Shown here: positions 29,636-42,846 of the stretch, in pieces
How positions within the stretch are numbered: position 1 is the stretch's first letter
Layout of the letters: the number at the start of each line of letters is the position of its first letter
Source: an uncultured Thermoleophilia bacterium
GTDB taxonomy: Bacteria; Actinomycetota; Thermoleophilia; UBA2241
Assembly: GCA_963715985.1 (NCBI GenBank)
Contig: CAVQSP010000011.1
Location: 352,001 to 416,000 of the forward strand
Length of the DNA: 64,000 bases
Direction: 5' to 3'
Notes under the pieces: generated by a model
Seen by the model: only the letters and a program-made list of their open reading frames with translations
Told to the model about the DNA's origin: nothing
Databases searched by the model: none
Translations under genes and position numbers: made by a program

Positions 29636-31480
29636 CTACTCCTCCAGGGTCCTGCCGCGCCCGCGGCGCAGCAGGAGGACGACCACGATCGCCGCCACCA
29701 GCACGATCACCGCCACGACCACGTAGATGGCCGTGCTGCCGCCGCCGGACGCCGGCTCGACGGCGGGCCGCGGCCTCAGATTGACGTACGTGTCGATGTT
29801 GTCGTTGATGAAGGCGGCGGGACCCGTACCGGGCGGCACCTGGGTCCAGCCCTCCCACTTCTCCGTGTTGTACGCCTCGAGCTGCTGCTCGTAGTTCGTG
29901 ATGATGAACGGCGCCTCGGCGTAGAAGATCTCGGCCATGCGGTCCACCAGCGGCTTGCGCTCGACCGGGTCGATGGTCTGCGCCTGCTGCTCGTACAGCT
30001 TGTCGTACTCGGCGTTGGACCAGCAGGCGTCGTTCCAGCCGCCGATCTGCGAGCTCGTGAACACGTTGAGGATGTAGTCCGGGTCCACGTACTGTCCCCA
30101 GCCCCAGATGTACATGTCGTAGTCGGGCGCGTACGTGTCGCCCACGTAGTTGTAGAGGGCGTCGCTGATCGCGCCGGAGTCCAGCGTCTGGTAGTCGATG
30201 GTGAGGCCCAACTGGGTGAACCAGCCCGTGACGAGCTTGCCCGTGCTCTGGCTGGCCACGTCGTCGGCGCGGGCCCACAGGCGCAGCGTGATGGGCCTGC
30301 CGCGCTGGTCCACGCGTCTGCCGTCCTTGAGCGGATAGCCGGCGTCCGTGAGCATCTCGCCGGCCTTCTGCAGGTCGAACCCGAAGGTGGAAGCCGGCGG
30401 CGGCTGCCAGTAGTACGTGGGCACGTCCGGGGCGATCAGGCCCTGCGCGACCTTGGCGAACCCCCCGTAGGAGAGGTTGACGATCTTCTGCTTGTCGACG
30501 GCCCAGCTGATGGCCTGCCGGAACTTGCGGTCGCGGAGCACCGGGTTCCCCAGACTGTCGGCGCTGTCGTAGCAGTTCATCGCGATCTCGTCGAAGTAGC
30601 GCAGCTCGGCGGCGTTGGCCTTGACGATGGGGTCCGCCTGGAGGGCCCTGAACTGGGCGGTCGGGATGCCCAGCGCGTAGTCGAGCGTGCCCGTCTTGAG
30701 GTCCTGGGTCATGGTGTCCGCGTTCTGGTACACGGCGAGCACGAGCTCGTCGATGCGCGGCTTGCCGGTGAGCCAGTAGTCCGGGTTCTTGACCAGCTTG
30801 ATGTACTGGCCCTTCTTGACCTCCACCGTCTGGAAGGGCCCGGTGCCGATGATCGGCGGCTTGACCACGAAGTCCTTGCCCGCGCGGTCGCCGGGCACCC
30901 CGCTCCAGACATGTTCCGGCAGGATCGGGATCCACAGACGCAGCATGTTGGCCTTGGGCTTGCTGCAGTGGATCACCACCGTGTACGGGTCGACGGCCTC
31001 CGCGCTGTCGATGTTGTTGGTGTAGCTGGTGAAGGCCGTGAGGTCGTTGTCGATGATGTAGTTGTACGTGAAGGCAACGTCTCTGGCCGTGAACGGCTTC
31101 CCGTCCTGCCACTTGACGCCCGGGCGCAGCGTGAACGTCCACGTCTTGCCGTCCGCGGTCACGCTCCAGCTGGTGGCCAGCTCCGGGCGCGGAGAGAGGT
31201 CGGTGTCGTAGCCCACGAGGAAGTCGTAGTTGAGGTGGAAGATCTCGTAGGACGTGCCGCTCCAGCCGATGAACGGGTTGAGGTTGTCGGCGTCGAAGGT
31301 GGTGCCGAACTGGGCCTTGAGCGGAGCGCTCGACGGCGAGGGCGACGGCGACTCGCCGGCGCGCGCCGGCGATGACAGACCGCACACCAGGCCCAGCGCG
31401 AGCAGAAGGGCGCACACCGCGGGGGCGAGGGCCGCGCACGCGCGCCGGCCCCCCGTGGCGCGCACGGTCGCGAATCGCAT
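29636..31480 (-). CDS. Family 5 (peptide/nickel) ABC substrate-binding protein with C-terminal TM anchor
   Basis: NLNPF, PELATSW, WTFTLRPGVKWQDG, IGTGPF, NPDYW, FRQAIS.AVDK; hydrophobic tail followed by RRGR. Confidence 0.92.
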   Translation of the reverse strand: MRFATVRATGGRRACAALAPAVCALLLALGLVCGLSSPARAGESPSPSPSSAPLKAQFGTTFDADNLNPFIGWSGTSYEIFHLNYDFLVGYDTDLSPRPELATSWSVTADGKTWTFTLRPGVKWQDGKPFTARDVAFTYNYIIDNDLTAFTSYTNNIDSAEAVDPYTVVIHCSKPKANMLRLWIPILPEHVWSGVPGDRAGKDFVVKPPIIGTGPFQTVEVKKGQYIKLVKNPDYWLTGKPRIDELVLAVYQNADTMTQDLKTGTLDYALGIPTAQFRALQADPIVKANAAELRYFDEIAMNCYDSADSLGNPVLRDRKFRQAISWAVDKQKIVNLSYGGFAKVAQGLIAPDVPTYYWQPPPASTFGFDLQKAGEMLTDAGYPLKDGRRVDQRGRPITLRLWARADDVASQSTGKLVTGWFTQLGLTIDYQTLDSGAISDALYNYVGDTYAPDYDMYIWGWGQYVDPDYILNVFTSSQIGGWNDACWSNAEYDKLYEQQAQTIDPVERKPLVDRMAEIFYAEAPFIITNYEQQLEAYNTEKWEGWTQVPPGTGPAAFINDNIDTYVNLRPRPAVEPASGGGSTAIYVVVAVIVLVAAIVVVLLLRRGRGRTLEE

Positions 31481-31605
31481 CTCCCCCCCAGTCCGGAGCC
31501 CTGTCCCCCGCGGCGAGCCGGCCCCCCGGCAGCGCCGCAAACGCAGCCCCATGGTACAGCGAGAGGCGGTCCTTGCCTAGGTTCCGGCGAGGGCCGGCGG
31601 ATCGC

Positions 31606-32526
31606 TCATCCGTCAGGTTCCCACACCGGTACGATGCGGAAGTGGAGGCCGGGCACCTCGGCCGCCAGGTCCTTCTCCATGTGCCGGCTCAGCGTGTGCA
31701 CGTGCTCCACCGTCCGGTCGCCGTCGAAGCCGAGCTCGATCTCCACGTAGCGACGCTTGCCGCTGGCGCGGCTGTACACGGTGCCCACCACGTCGTAGTC
31801 GGTGTAGTGGTGGGCCAGGACGCGGAGGATCGTCATCTGCTCCGCCTCCGAGAGCGGCAGGTCCATGAGGGCGCGGAAGTTATGCCGCACGAGGTCCACG
31901 CCGACGATGACCATGTACACGGAGATGGCGAGCGCGACGGCGGGGTCGATGCGGTCGCCGACGGCCGGCAGGCCGAGCTCGATGAGCAGCCAGGCGCAGG
32001 CGAACGAGACCATCACGCCGCCGTCGGTGAGGCAGCCGATCCGGTAGTCGAGCTTGTAGGAGACCAGGAGCGGCGAGGGGTTCGTGGTGGCGCGCGCCAT
32101 CCGCACCGCGATGACGTAGAGCACGATGCCGCGCGCCAGCGAGATGGCGACCGGGATGAGGCTGAGGACGTAGCCCACGTCCGGAGCGTCGATGAGGCGG
32201 TCGATGCCGTCGAACATCACGTACAGTCCCGACGGCACGTAGAGCACGCCGCAGAGGAAGGCGGAGAAGTTCTCGAGCTTGCCGGCGCCGTACGGGAAGC
32301 TGTACACGTCCTCGCGCAGCACCTGGCGCATGGCGTACACGGCGAAGCCGTTGACGACCAGCGCGACGCCGGACTGGATGGCGATGGCGAGGAGCGCGGC
32401 CGAGCCGGTGAGCATGGCCATGACCGTGAACATCACCGTCATGGGTGCCTCGGTGTAGAGCCCCCAGCGCAGCAGCTTGTAGAGCTGGATGGACTCGGCG
32501 TCCGCGCCGCCGTCCTGGTGCCTCAC
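31606..32526 (-). CDS. Cation diffusion facilitator family transporter (divergent)
   Basis: FPYGAGKLENFS, IDPAVALAIS, LMDLPL, SRASGKRRYVEIEL dimerization domain; start uncertain. Confidence 0.82.
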   Translation of the reverse strand: MRHQDGGADAESIQLYKLLRWGLYTEAPMTVMFTVMAMLTGSAALLAIAIQSGVALVVNGFAVYAMRQVLREDVYSFPYGAGKLENFSAFLCGVLYVPSGLYVMFDGIDRLIDAPDVGYVLSLIPVAISLARGIVLYVIAVRMARATTNPSPLLVSYKLDYRIGCLTDGGVMVSFACAWLLIELGLPAVGDRIDPAVALAISVYMVIVGVDLVRHNFRALMDLPLSEAEQMTILRVLAHHYTDYDVVGTVYSRASGKRRYVEIELGFDGDRTVEHVHTLSRHMEKDLAAEVPGLHFRIVPVWEPDG

Positions 32527-32640
32527 CTGCGACCCCCGCGCCACCGTGCCTGCGGGCGGGCCCTGTGCACGGCCGCCCGCCCCCTCGGGCACAGTATCGG
32601 CAGCTGCCGCGCGGAACTTACGGCGGAGCTGCGGCCGCAG

Positions 32641-34492
32641 TCATTCCTCGACGGCGCGCGGCCGCCGGCGTCTGAGGAGCAGCACGACGAGGATGACGAT
32701 GACGACCGCCGCCGCGCCCAGACCGACCCACAGGCCGGTGTTGCCGCCGCCTCCGGTCTGGACGGTCGCCCCCGTCTTCGGTTCGATCCGCAGGTAGTTC
32801 TCGCTGCCGGCGTTGCCGTACGGCGGGATCAACACGTTGCCCACCTTCGCCGGCGAGGCCGCGTAGCCCTGCCACTTCGCGGTGTTGTAGGCCTCCAGGT
32901 CGTTCGAGTAGGCGAGCACGATGTATGGAGAATCGCGGTAGAGGATCTGCTGCATCTTGTCGATCAGCGCCTTGCGGGCGACCGGGTCGATGGTGCGCCC
33001 CTGCTCGACGAACAGGCCGTCGTACTCCGGGTTCGAGTAGCCGCAGTCGCTCTGCGAGCCGATCTGGTCGGTCGTGAACCAGCTCATGGTCGACCCGGGG
33101 TCGACGTCGCTGTACCAGCCCCACACGACCACGTCGTAGTCGGGTGAGAGCTCCCCGTTCTGCTTGTCGATGATGCGCTGGCCGAGCGCGCCCGAGTCCA
33201 TGGTGGCCACGACCATCTTGAGACCGATGCTCCTGAACCAGCCCGACACCAGGCGCTCGACGTTCTGGTACGTGTTCGAGCCGTCGCGGCACCAGAGACG
33301 CAGCGTGATCGGCTCGCCGTCGGCCTCCCTGACGCCGTCGCCGTCGGTGTCGGTGTACCCGGCCGCGTCGAGCAGCTGCTTGGCCTTCTCCAGGTCGAAG
33401 CCGTACTGCTCGTCGGCCGGCGGCTCCCAATGCCAGTCGGGGTCCGTGTAGTAATCGGCGGTGATCACCGTGGTCGCGGGCTTGGCATGGCCGCCGTACG
33501 CGATGGCGCAGATCTTGTCCTTGTCCACGGCCCAATTGAGTGCCTGGCGGAACTTGGGGTCTTTGAGCACCGGGTTGCCGCGACTCGGCCCGGTGTAGCA
33601 GTTGAAGGTGAGCTCGTCGAAGCCGTTGGTGCGGATGGTGCGTGCCTCGATACCGGGCACGTCCTGCAGCATGCGGTACTGCGCGTCGAGGATCTGGAAG
33701 GCGCCGTCGATGGTGCCCGCCTTGAGGTCCTGCACCATGGTGTCGGCGTTCGTGTAGTACTCGAAGTAGAGCTCGTCGATCTTGGGGGCACCCCGCCAGT
33801 AATCGGGGTTGGCGACCATCTTCACGTAGCTGTTCTTCTTCCACTCGACGCATGTGAACGGGCCGGAGCCGACGATCGGCGGCTTGTTCGGGTAGCTGAC
33901 CCCGGCCACCTTGCCCGGGACCTTCGACCAGACGTGCTCGGGGATGATGGGCACATAGACGTTCAGCAAGTCCGCCTTGGGCTGCGAGCAGTCGATGCGC
34001 ACCGTGGTGTCGTCGACCGCCGTCGCCTTCACGATCCCCTTCGTGTAGCTGGTCCAGTTGGTGAGGTCGTTCTCGATGATGTAGTTGTAGGTGAAGGCCA
34101 CGTCCCTCGCTGTGACGGGCACGCCGTCGTTCCACTTCGAGTTCTGGCGGATGGTGAACGTCCACGTCTTGCCGTCGGCACTGGTGCTCCAGTCGGTGGC
34201 GAGCCCCGTGGCCTTGTCGCCCTTGGTGGGCGTGAGCGTGCCGTAGTCGTAGCCGACCAGCGGCTCGTAGGTGAGGTACCAGACCTCGTACCAGATGGTC
34301 ATGAAGCCGACGAACGGATTGAGGTTGTCGGGCTCCATGGTGTGGCCGACCCGGTAGACGACCTTGGCGGCGGCCGGCGATGACGCCGGGCTGGAGGCGG
34401 ACGCGAGGCCGGCGACCAGGCCGAGCGCCAGAGACGGCGGCGGCGACCAGGAGAAGGATGGAGCTCGTGCGGGTGCGGCGCCTGCGGTTCAC
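32641..34492 (-). CDS. Family 5 ABC substrate-binding protein paralog with C-terminal TM anchor; frameshift in the signal peptide near 34420
   Basis: EPDNLNPF, GLATDW, VGSGPF, NPDYW, FRQALNWAVDK. The signal peptide MNRRRRTRTSSILLL is in a different frame from the body. Confidence 0.9.
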
Positions 34493-34668
34493 GTGTCCCC
34501 CCATCTGAGTGGTGGCCCCCCGGCGGCGTGCCCCACGGGGCACTGCCACGGCCCCCACGCGCCGGTCACCTCATCATAGGAGGCCGCGCCGCCCGGTCAA
34601 GGCTGGGCGCGGCGTCTTCGCGAGCCGCTATCATTGGCGGACGACCACCCCGGCCGGAAGGACGTACC

Positions 34669-35460
34669 GTGAGCCCAGAGCACGCCACCATCTCGAGGAG
34701 CCTCCACGACGGCGTGATCTTCGACCTGGACGGGGTCGTCACGCAGACGGCTGCCGTCCACGCGGCCGCCTGGAAGCGGCTCTTCGACGGGTACCTCGCG
34801 GAGCGCGCCGCGCGAACGGGCACGAGCCGGGAGGGCGCGCGGTCAGGCGCTGGCCCTTCGACCTGGACGCCGACTACGGGCTCTACGTGGACGGCAAGCC
34901 GCGCTACGACGGCGTGCGCGACTTCCTCGCCTCGCGGGGCATCGAGCTGCCGTGGGGCGACCCCGCGGACGCGCCCGAGCGCGAGACCGTGTGCGGGCTG
35001 GGCAACGGCAAGGACGACCTCTTCACGGCCGAGGTGCGGGAGAACGGCGTGCGGACCTTCCCCTCCACGATCGCCCTCATCCACGCGCTGCGGGACGCCG
35101 GCATCAGCCGTCGGCCTCATGTCGTCGAGCAGCAACACCGCCATGGTGCTGGCGGCCACCGGCACCACCGGCCTCTTCGACGTGCGTATCGACGGCGTCG
35201 TTGCGGAGGGCCTCGGCTTGCCCGGCAAGCCCGACCCCGCGGTGTACCTCGAGACGGCGCGCCAGCTGGGCGTCGCGGCGGCGCGATCTGTGGTCGTCGA
35301 GGACGCCCTCTCCGGCGTGGAGGCGGGCCATCGCGGCGGGTTCGCACTCGTCATCGGCGTCGACCGCCTCGGCCAGGCCGAGGCCCTGCGTGAGCACGGC
35401 GCGGACGTGGTCGTCGACGATCTGGCCGAGGTGACGCTCGTTCCCCTGGAGGTGCCGGCC
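34669..35460 (+). CDS. HAD-IA hydrolase (beta-phosphoglucomutase-like); frameshifts near 34850 and 35105; 3' end unclear
   Basis: IFDLDGVVTQTA..HAAAWK, YVDGKPRYDGVRDFL (other frame), SSSSN, GKPDPAVY, VVEDALSGV. Confidence 0.82.
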
Positions 35461-35554
35461 GGCGGGCCGTGGCCGGCGCGGCCGGCGCGGCCGCGCGCCG
35501 GCGCGGCCTGGCGCGCGCGGCCTGCGCGCCGGCCGGCTTTTCCGTCCGACGTTT

Positions 35555-35574
35555 ACACGAACATATGTTCGTGT
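35555..35574. promoter_or_regulatory. LexA (SOS) box
   Basis: Perfect 20-bp palindrome ACACGAACATATGTTCGTGT containing the Gram-positive consensus CGAAC-N4-GTTCG, upstream of DUF6504-dnaE2. Confidence 0.93.
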
Positions 35575-35616
35575 CACACTCGGAGACCCCCGCAGCACCC
35601 CCTCACCAGGAGCCCC

Positions 35617-36045
35617 ATGTGCCCGCGGCGGAGCCACCTCCGGCGACAGACCCGAGCCTCTCGCAGAGAGGCGGGCGGCGGGCATGGCGAAGCCGCGGGA
35701 GGCGGGCGGAGCGAGTCCTCGGCCGGCGAGCGCAGCGAGCCCGCGGCCGGCCGGCGCAGCGCCGCCGGCCGGGCCCGCGCCGGCCGCCCGGGCACGGACG
35801 GCCAGGTCGTCCCCGTCACCGTCAGCTGGGACGAGCGGCTGCGGCGCCCGGTCGCCTTCGTCTGGCGCCGCCGCACCTACCGCGTCGAGCGCGTCCTCGA
35901 GACCTGGGTCGTCGAGACGGGCTGGTGGAAGGACGACGGCCACATCAGCCGCTCGTACTGGCGGGTGCGCGCCGGCGGGCGTGTCGTCGATCTGCGCTAC
36001 GACCGCCTGGGCAGGGCGTGGGCGCTCGAACGGGTGCTCAGCTGA
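35617..36045 (+). CDS. DUF6504 family protein (resembles the ImuB C-terminal region)
   Basis: PVAFVWRRRTYRVERVLETW..TGWW..YWRVRA..DLRYD..WALERV; AGGAG before ATG 35617 (start uncertain). Confidence 0.78.
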   Translation: MCPRRSHLRRQTRASRREAGGGHGEAAGGGRSESSAGERSEPAAGRRSAAGRARAGRPGTDGQVVPVTVSWDERLRRPVAFVWRRRTYRVERVLETWVVETGWWKDDGHISRSYWRVRAGGRVVDLRYDRLGRAWALERVLS

Positions 36046-36057
36046 GGGGGCGCCGCC

Positions 36058-36150
36058 CTACTTCATCCGCACCATCCGCAGCACGACGGCGAGGACCACG
36101 ACGAGGATCACGATGACGATGATGAGCAACTCGACCCAGCCGATGCGCAC
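36058..36150 (-). CDS. 30-aa single-pass membrane peptide
   Basis: GGAGGT SD, GTG start, MRIGWVELLIIVIVILVVVLAVVLRMVRMK; GC-rich third codon positions. Confidence 0.65.
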   Translation of the reverse strand: MRIGWVELLIIVIVILVVVLAVVLRMVRMK

Positions 36151-36258
36151 GCAAGCACCTCCAGACTCCGCGCCCGGGACCGCCGTCAGCCTACAGGCCC
36201 CGCGGGCGTGCGTCGACGGCGGCGGCCGGCCCGCGACCCGGCGCCACGGGAGGCGGTC

Positions 36259-39918
<3,660 letters not shown>

Positions 39919-39967
39919 CACGGCCCGGCACGCCGCAGCCCCGCCGCAGCCCCGCCCCATCACCGCG

Positions 39968-40405
39968 TCAGACGAGCCGTAGCACCGCCTGGATGCCCAG
40001 CGCGACGGCGACGGTGAGCACCGTGGTCCAGAGCACCACGCCGGCGCTGAGCCACGCCAGGAGACGGTTCCGGGAGGCCCCGAGCGCGACGCCGAGCGCG
40101 GCCGCCAGCGGAGCGCCGAGCACGAGCGGGGCCAGCAAGCCCCAGCCCACCACGCCGTACCGCTCCCACACGCCGCGCAGGCGTCCGCCCTCGGCAGCCC
40201 GGCCGTGCGCGAAGCGCGCCACCAGCCACGCGCGCACCCGCTCGCCGGCGAGCACGACGAGCAAGACGCCGAGGAGGGCGCCGCAGAGCGTCAGCGCCCA
40301 GACGAGAGGTGCCGGCAGGCCCATCGCGACCCCCGCCGGTACGGCGGCCCACAGCTCGACGAGGGCGATGCCGAACACGGCCAGAGCCTCGAGGGCCGCC
40401 TGCAC
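39968..40405 (-). CDS. Putative small multidrug export family membrane protein
   Basis: ELWAAVPAG, WERYGVVGWGLLAPLVLG; 4 TM segments. Confidence 0.75.
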   Translation of the reverse strand: MQAALEALAVFGIALVELWAAVPAGVAMGLPAPLVWALTLCGALLGVLLVVLAGERVRAWLVARFAHGRAAEGGRLRGVWERYGVVGWGLLAPLVLGAPLAAALGVALGASRNRLLAWLSAGVVLWTTVLTVAVALGIQAVLRLV

Positions 40406-40407
40406 GG

Positions 40408-42279
40408 TCAGAACACCGCGACCTTGATCACGACTTCGTCGCCCTTGCGCAGCCGCTCGCCGGCGATCGGGTCCTGCTCGGTGACGTCACCGGGGTACGT
40501 GCCCCAGCCGGCCACGTAGTCTACGCTCACCACGAACCCCTCTCCTTCGAGCGCCGCCTTGGCGTCCCCGGAGGAGAGTCCGACCACGTCGGGCACCGTG
40601 ACCATCGGCGGCCCGCTGCTCACCCAATACGTCACCGTGTCGCCTCGCGTCACCGTGGCGCCGGCCGCCGGCTCCTGCCGGTACACCTCGCCTCTGGGCG
40701 CCGACGCCGTCGCCGAACGGCGCTTCCTCGGCGTGAGCACCGCCTGCTCGAGCTTTGCCTTGGCCTCCTTGGCCGACAGGCCGCTCAGTGTGGGCGCGGC
40801 GATGTGCAGCGGTCCCTGGCTCACCCAGAGGTCGACCTTGACGCCGTCTTCCACCTCCGTGCCCTGGCGCGGGCGCTGGCGCGCCACGATGCCGGCGTCG
40901 TAGCGGTCGCTCCACACGGAGTGGAGGGACGTCGTGAACCCTTCTCTGCGCAGCGACGCCGCAGCCTCGCCGGCGTCCGCGCCCACCACAGCCGGCACCG
41001 TGATGCCGCCGTTCAGCACGTACGTGTACACGGCCCAACCGGCGGCGCCGGCGGCGGCCAGTACCAGGATGAGCGCGATCCAGCGCAGCGGACGACGGCG
41101 GCGGCGAGGCGCCGAGGCAGGCTCACCACCACCGCTCGCGGCAGCCATCTGCCGCGTGCGCGCGTCGGCGGCGAAGACGGTGGCCTTCGACTCCGCCGAC
41201 GGCGCGGCGGGAGGGCGCACGGTCGTCCACGGGACCGCCGTGCCGGGGTCCGCGCTTGCGGGCGCAGGGGTCGAGCCGCCGGCAGTCGTCGCCCGGCGGG
41301 CAGCGTTCGCCGGCGGCGGAGCGGCCGGCTCGTGAGCGACTCCGGCCGCAGCCTCGCGAGCAGCCGCGGCTGCCCCCGCCTCGGCAGCATCCGTGCCGGT
41401 CCCGCCGGCCGACACGATCCGCCGGCGGGCGCCCGTCGCCCGGGCGGCGCGCAGAGCGTCGGCGAACTCGGCCGCGGACTGGAAGCGGTCGTCCGGGTGC
41501 TTGCACAGGGCGCGCATCACCACCGCCGCGTACTCCTCGGGCACCCCGTCGGCCACCGAGCGCGGGTTGGGCGGGGCCGTCTGCACGTGCTGCAAGGCGA
41601 CCGCCACGTCGCTGTCGCCGCGGAACGGCAGGAGTCCGGTGAGCATCTGGTAGAGCACGATGCCGAGGCTGTACAGGTCGGAGCGCTCGTCCGCAGGCTT
41701 CCCCTGCGCCTGCTCCGGCGAGAGATACGAGGAGGTGCCGAGCATCGCGCCGCTGCGCGTGAGCGCCGAGTCGGGCATGCGGGCGATACCGAAGTCCGTG
41801 ACCTTGACGCGGCCGTCCTTGTCGATGAGCACGTTGGCGGGCGTGATGTCGCGGTGGACGATGTGGGCCTCGTGGGCGACGCGCAGCGCGTTGAGCACGG
41901 CGAGTGCCATGGCCGCGGCGTCGTCGGGGGCGAGGCGGCCCTCGCGGCGCACCCGCTGCTTCAGGCTCTCGCCTTCTACGTACTCCATGACGATGTACGG
42001 GGACTCCCCCGCCCTCCCGCGGTCGTACACCGCGACGATGGACGGATGGTTGAGGCTGGCCGCCGCCTGGGCCTCGATGCGGAAGCGCTCGACGAACTCG
42101 TGGTCGGCAGCCAGCCGCTCCTTGAGCACCTTGACGGCCACCAGCCTCCCGAGGCTCTCGTCACGCGCCAGGTACACGTCGGCCATGCCCCCGCTACCGA
42201 GGCTGGAGAGCATGCGGTAGCGCCCGTCGAGCGGCGAGGAGAGAGGGGTCGCGTTATCGCGGTGTGCGTCGTGGTCCAT
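40408..42279 (-). CDS. PASTA-domain Ser/Thr protein kinase (PknB-like)
   Basis: LGSGGMADVY, VAVK, HRDITPAN, DFGIA, YLSPEQ; TM segment; three PASTA repeats. Confidence 0.93.
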   Translation of the reverse strand: MDHDAHRDNATPLSSPLDGRYRMLSSLGSGGMADVYLARDESLGRLVAVKVLKERLAADHEFVERFRIEAQAAASLNHPSIVAVYDRGRAGESPYIVMEYVEGESLKQRVRREGRLAPDDAAAMALAVLNALRVAHEAHIVHRDITPANVLIDKDGRVKVTDFGIARMPDSALTRSGAMLGTSSYLSPEQAQGKPADERSDLYSLGIVLYQMLTGLLPFRGDSDVAVALQHVQTAPPNPRSVADGVPEEYAAVVMRALCKHPDDRFQSAAEFADALRAARATGARRRIVSAGGTGTDAAEAGAAAAAREAAAGVAHEPAAPPPANAARRATTAGGSTPAPASADPGTAVPWTTVRPPAAPSAESKATVFAADARTRQMAAASGGGEPASAPRRRRRPLRWIALILVLAAAGAAGWAVYTYVLNGGITVPAVVGADAGEAAASLRREGFTTSLHSVWSDRYDAGIVARQRPRQGTEVEDGVKVDLWVSQGPLHIAAPTLSGLSAKEAKAKLEQAVLTPRKRRSATASAPRGEVYRQEPAAGATVTRGDTVTYWVSSGPPMVTVPDVVGLSSGDAKAALEGEGFVVSVDYVAGWGTYPGDVTEQDPIAGERLRKGDEVVIKVAVF

Positions 42280-42432
42280 CGAGGTGGTCTGCCTCACGCT
42301 GCGCCGGACATCTCCCTGCCCGTCCCGGCAGCGAGCACGATGCGAACGGCGCCGGCGCACCGTGAGATTGAAGCAGTCTAATCGAGGGCGGCCGCCCTGT
42401 CGTCCTGGTGACGCGCGCGGGCGCGGGGAGGA

Positions 42433-42846
42433 TCAGCCGGCCTGCCGCTCGGCGAGCACCTGCAGCGCCTCGATCTCGTCCTTCTCGAACCAGTACAGGT
42501 CGCAGATACTGCAGTAGTCGACCTCCACAGCGTGCTCGTAGCTGTAGTGACGCCGCATCATCGTCCGGCCGCACTTGGGACAAGGGATCAGCGCGACGCC
42601 CGGGCGGCCGCGAGCCGTGCGGGCGGCACGGCGCAGCTCGTCGCCGCTGGCGGTGAGCAGATCGGCGAGCCTCACCTGGCCCTCCGTGAACGCCACCTCG
42701 CGGCGCGCCATGATCTTGCCGATCTCGGCGGTGCTCACAAGCCGGCCCCCGCAGCCCGGGCACACGATGACGCGCAGGCCCTCGTAGTCGGCTCGCGCCA
42801 GGGACCCGCCGCAGGATGGGCAGGCCATGGCGCCCTCGACCGTCAC
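42433..42846 (-). CDS. Tandem zf-TFIIB zinc-ribbon protein (possibly the C-terminus of the upstream M48 protease)
   Basis: CPSC..CPGC and CPKC..VDYCSICDLYWFEKDE. Confidence 0.78.
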   Translation of the reverse strand: MTVEGAMACPSCGGSLARADYEGLRVIVCPGCGGRLVSTAEIGKIMARREVAFTEGQVRLADLLTASGDELRRAARTARGRPGVALIPCPKCGRTMMRRHYSYEHAVEVDYCSICDLYWFEKDEIEALQVLAERQAG

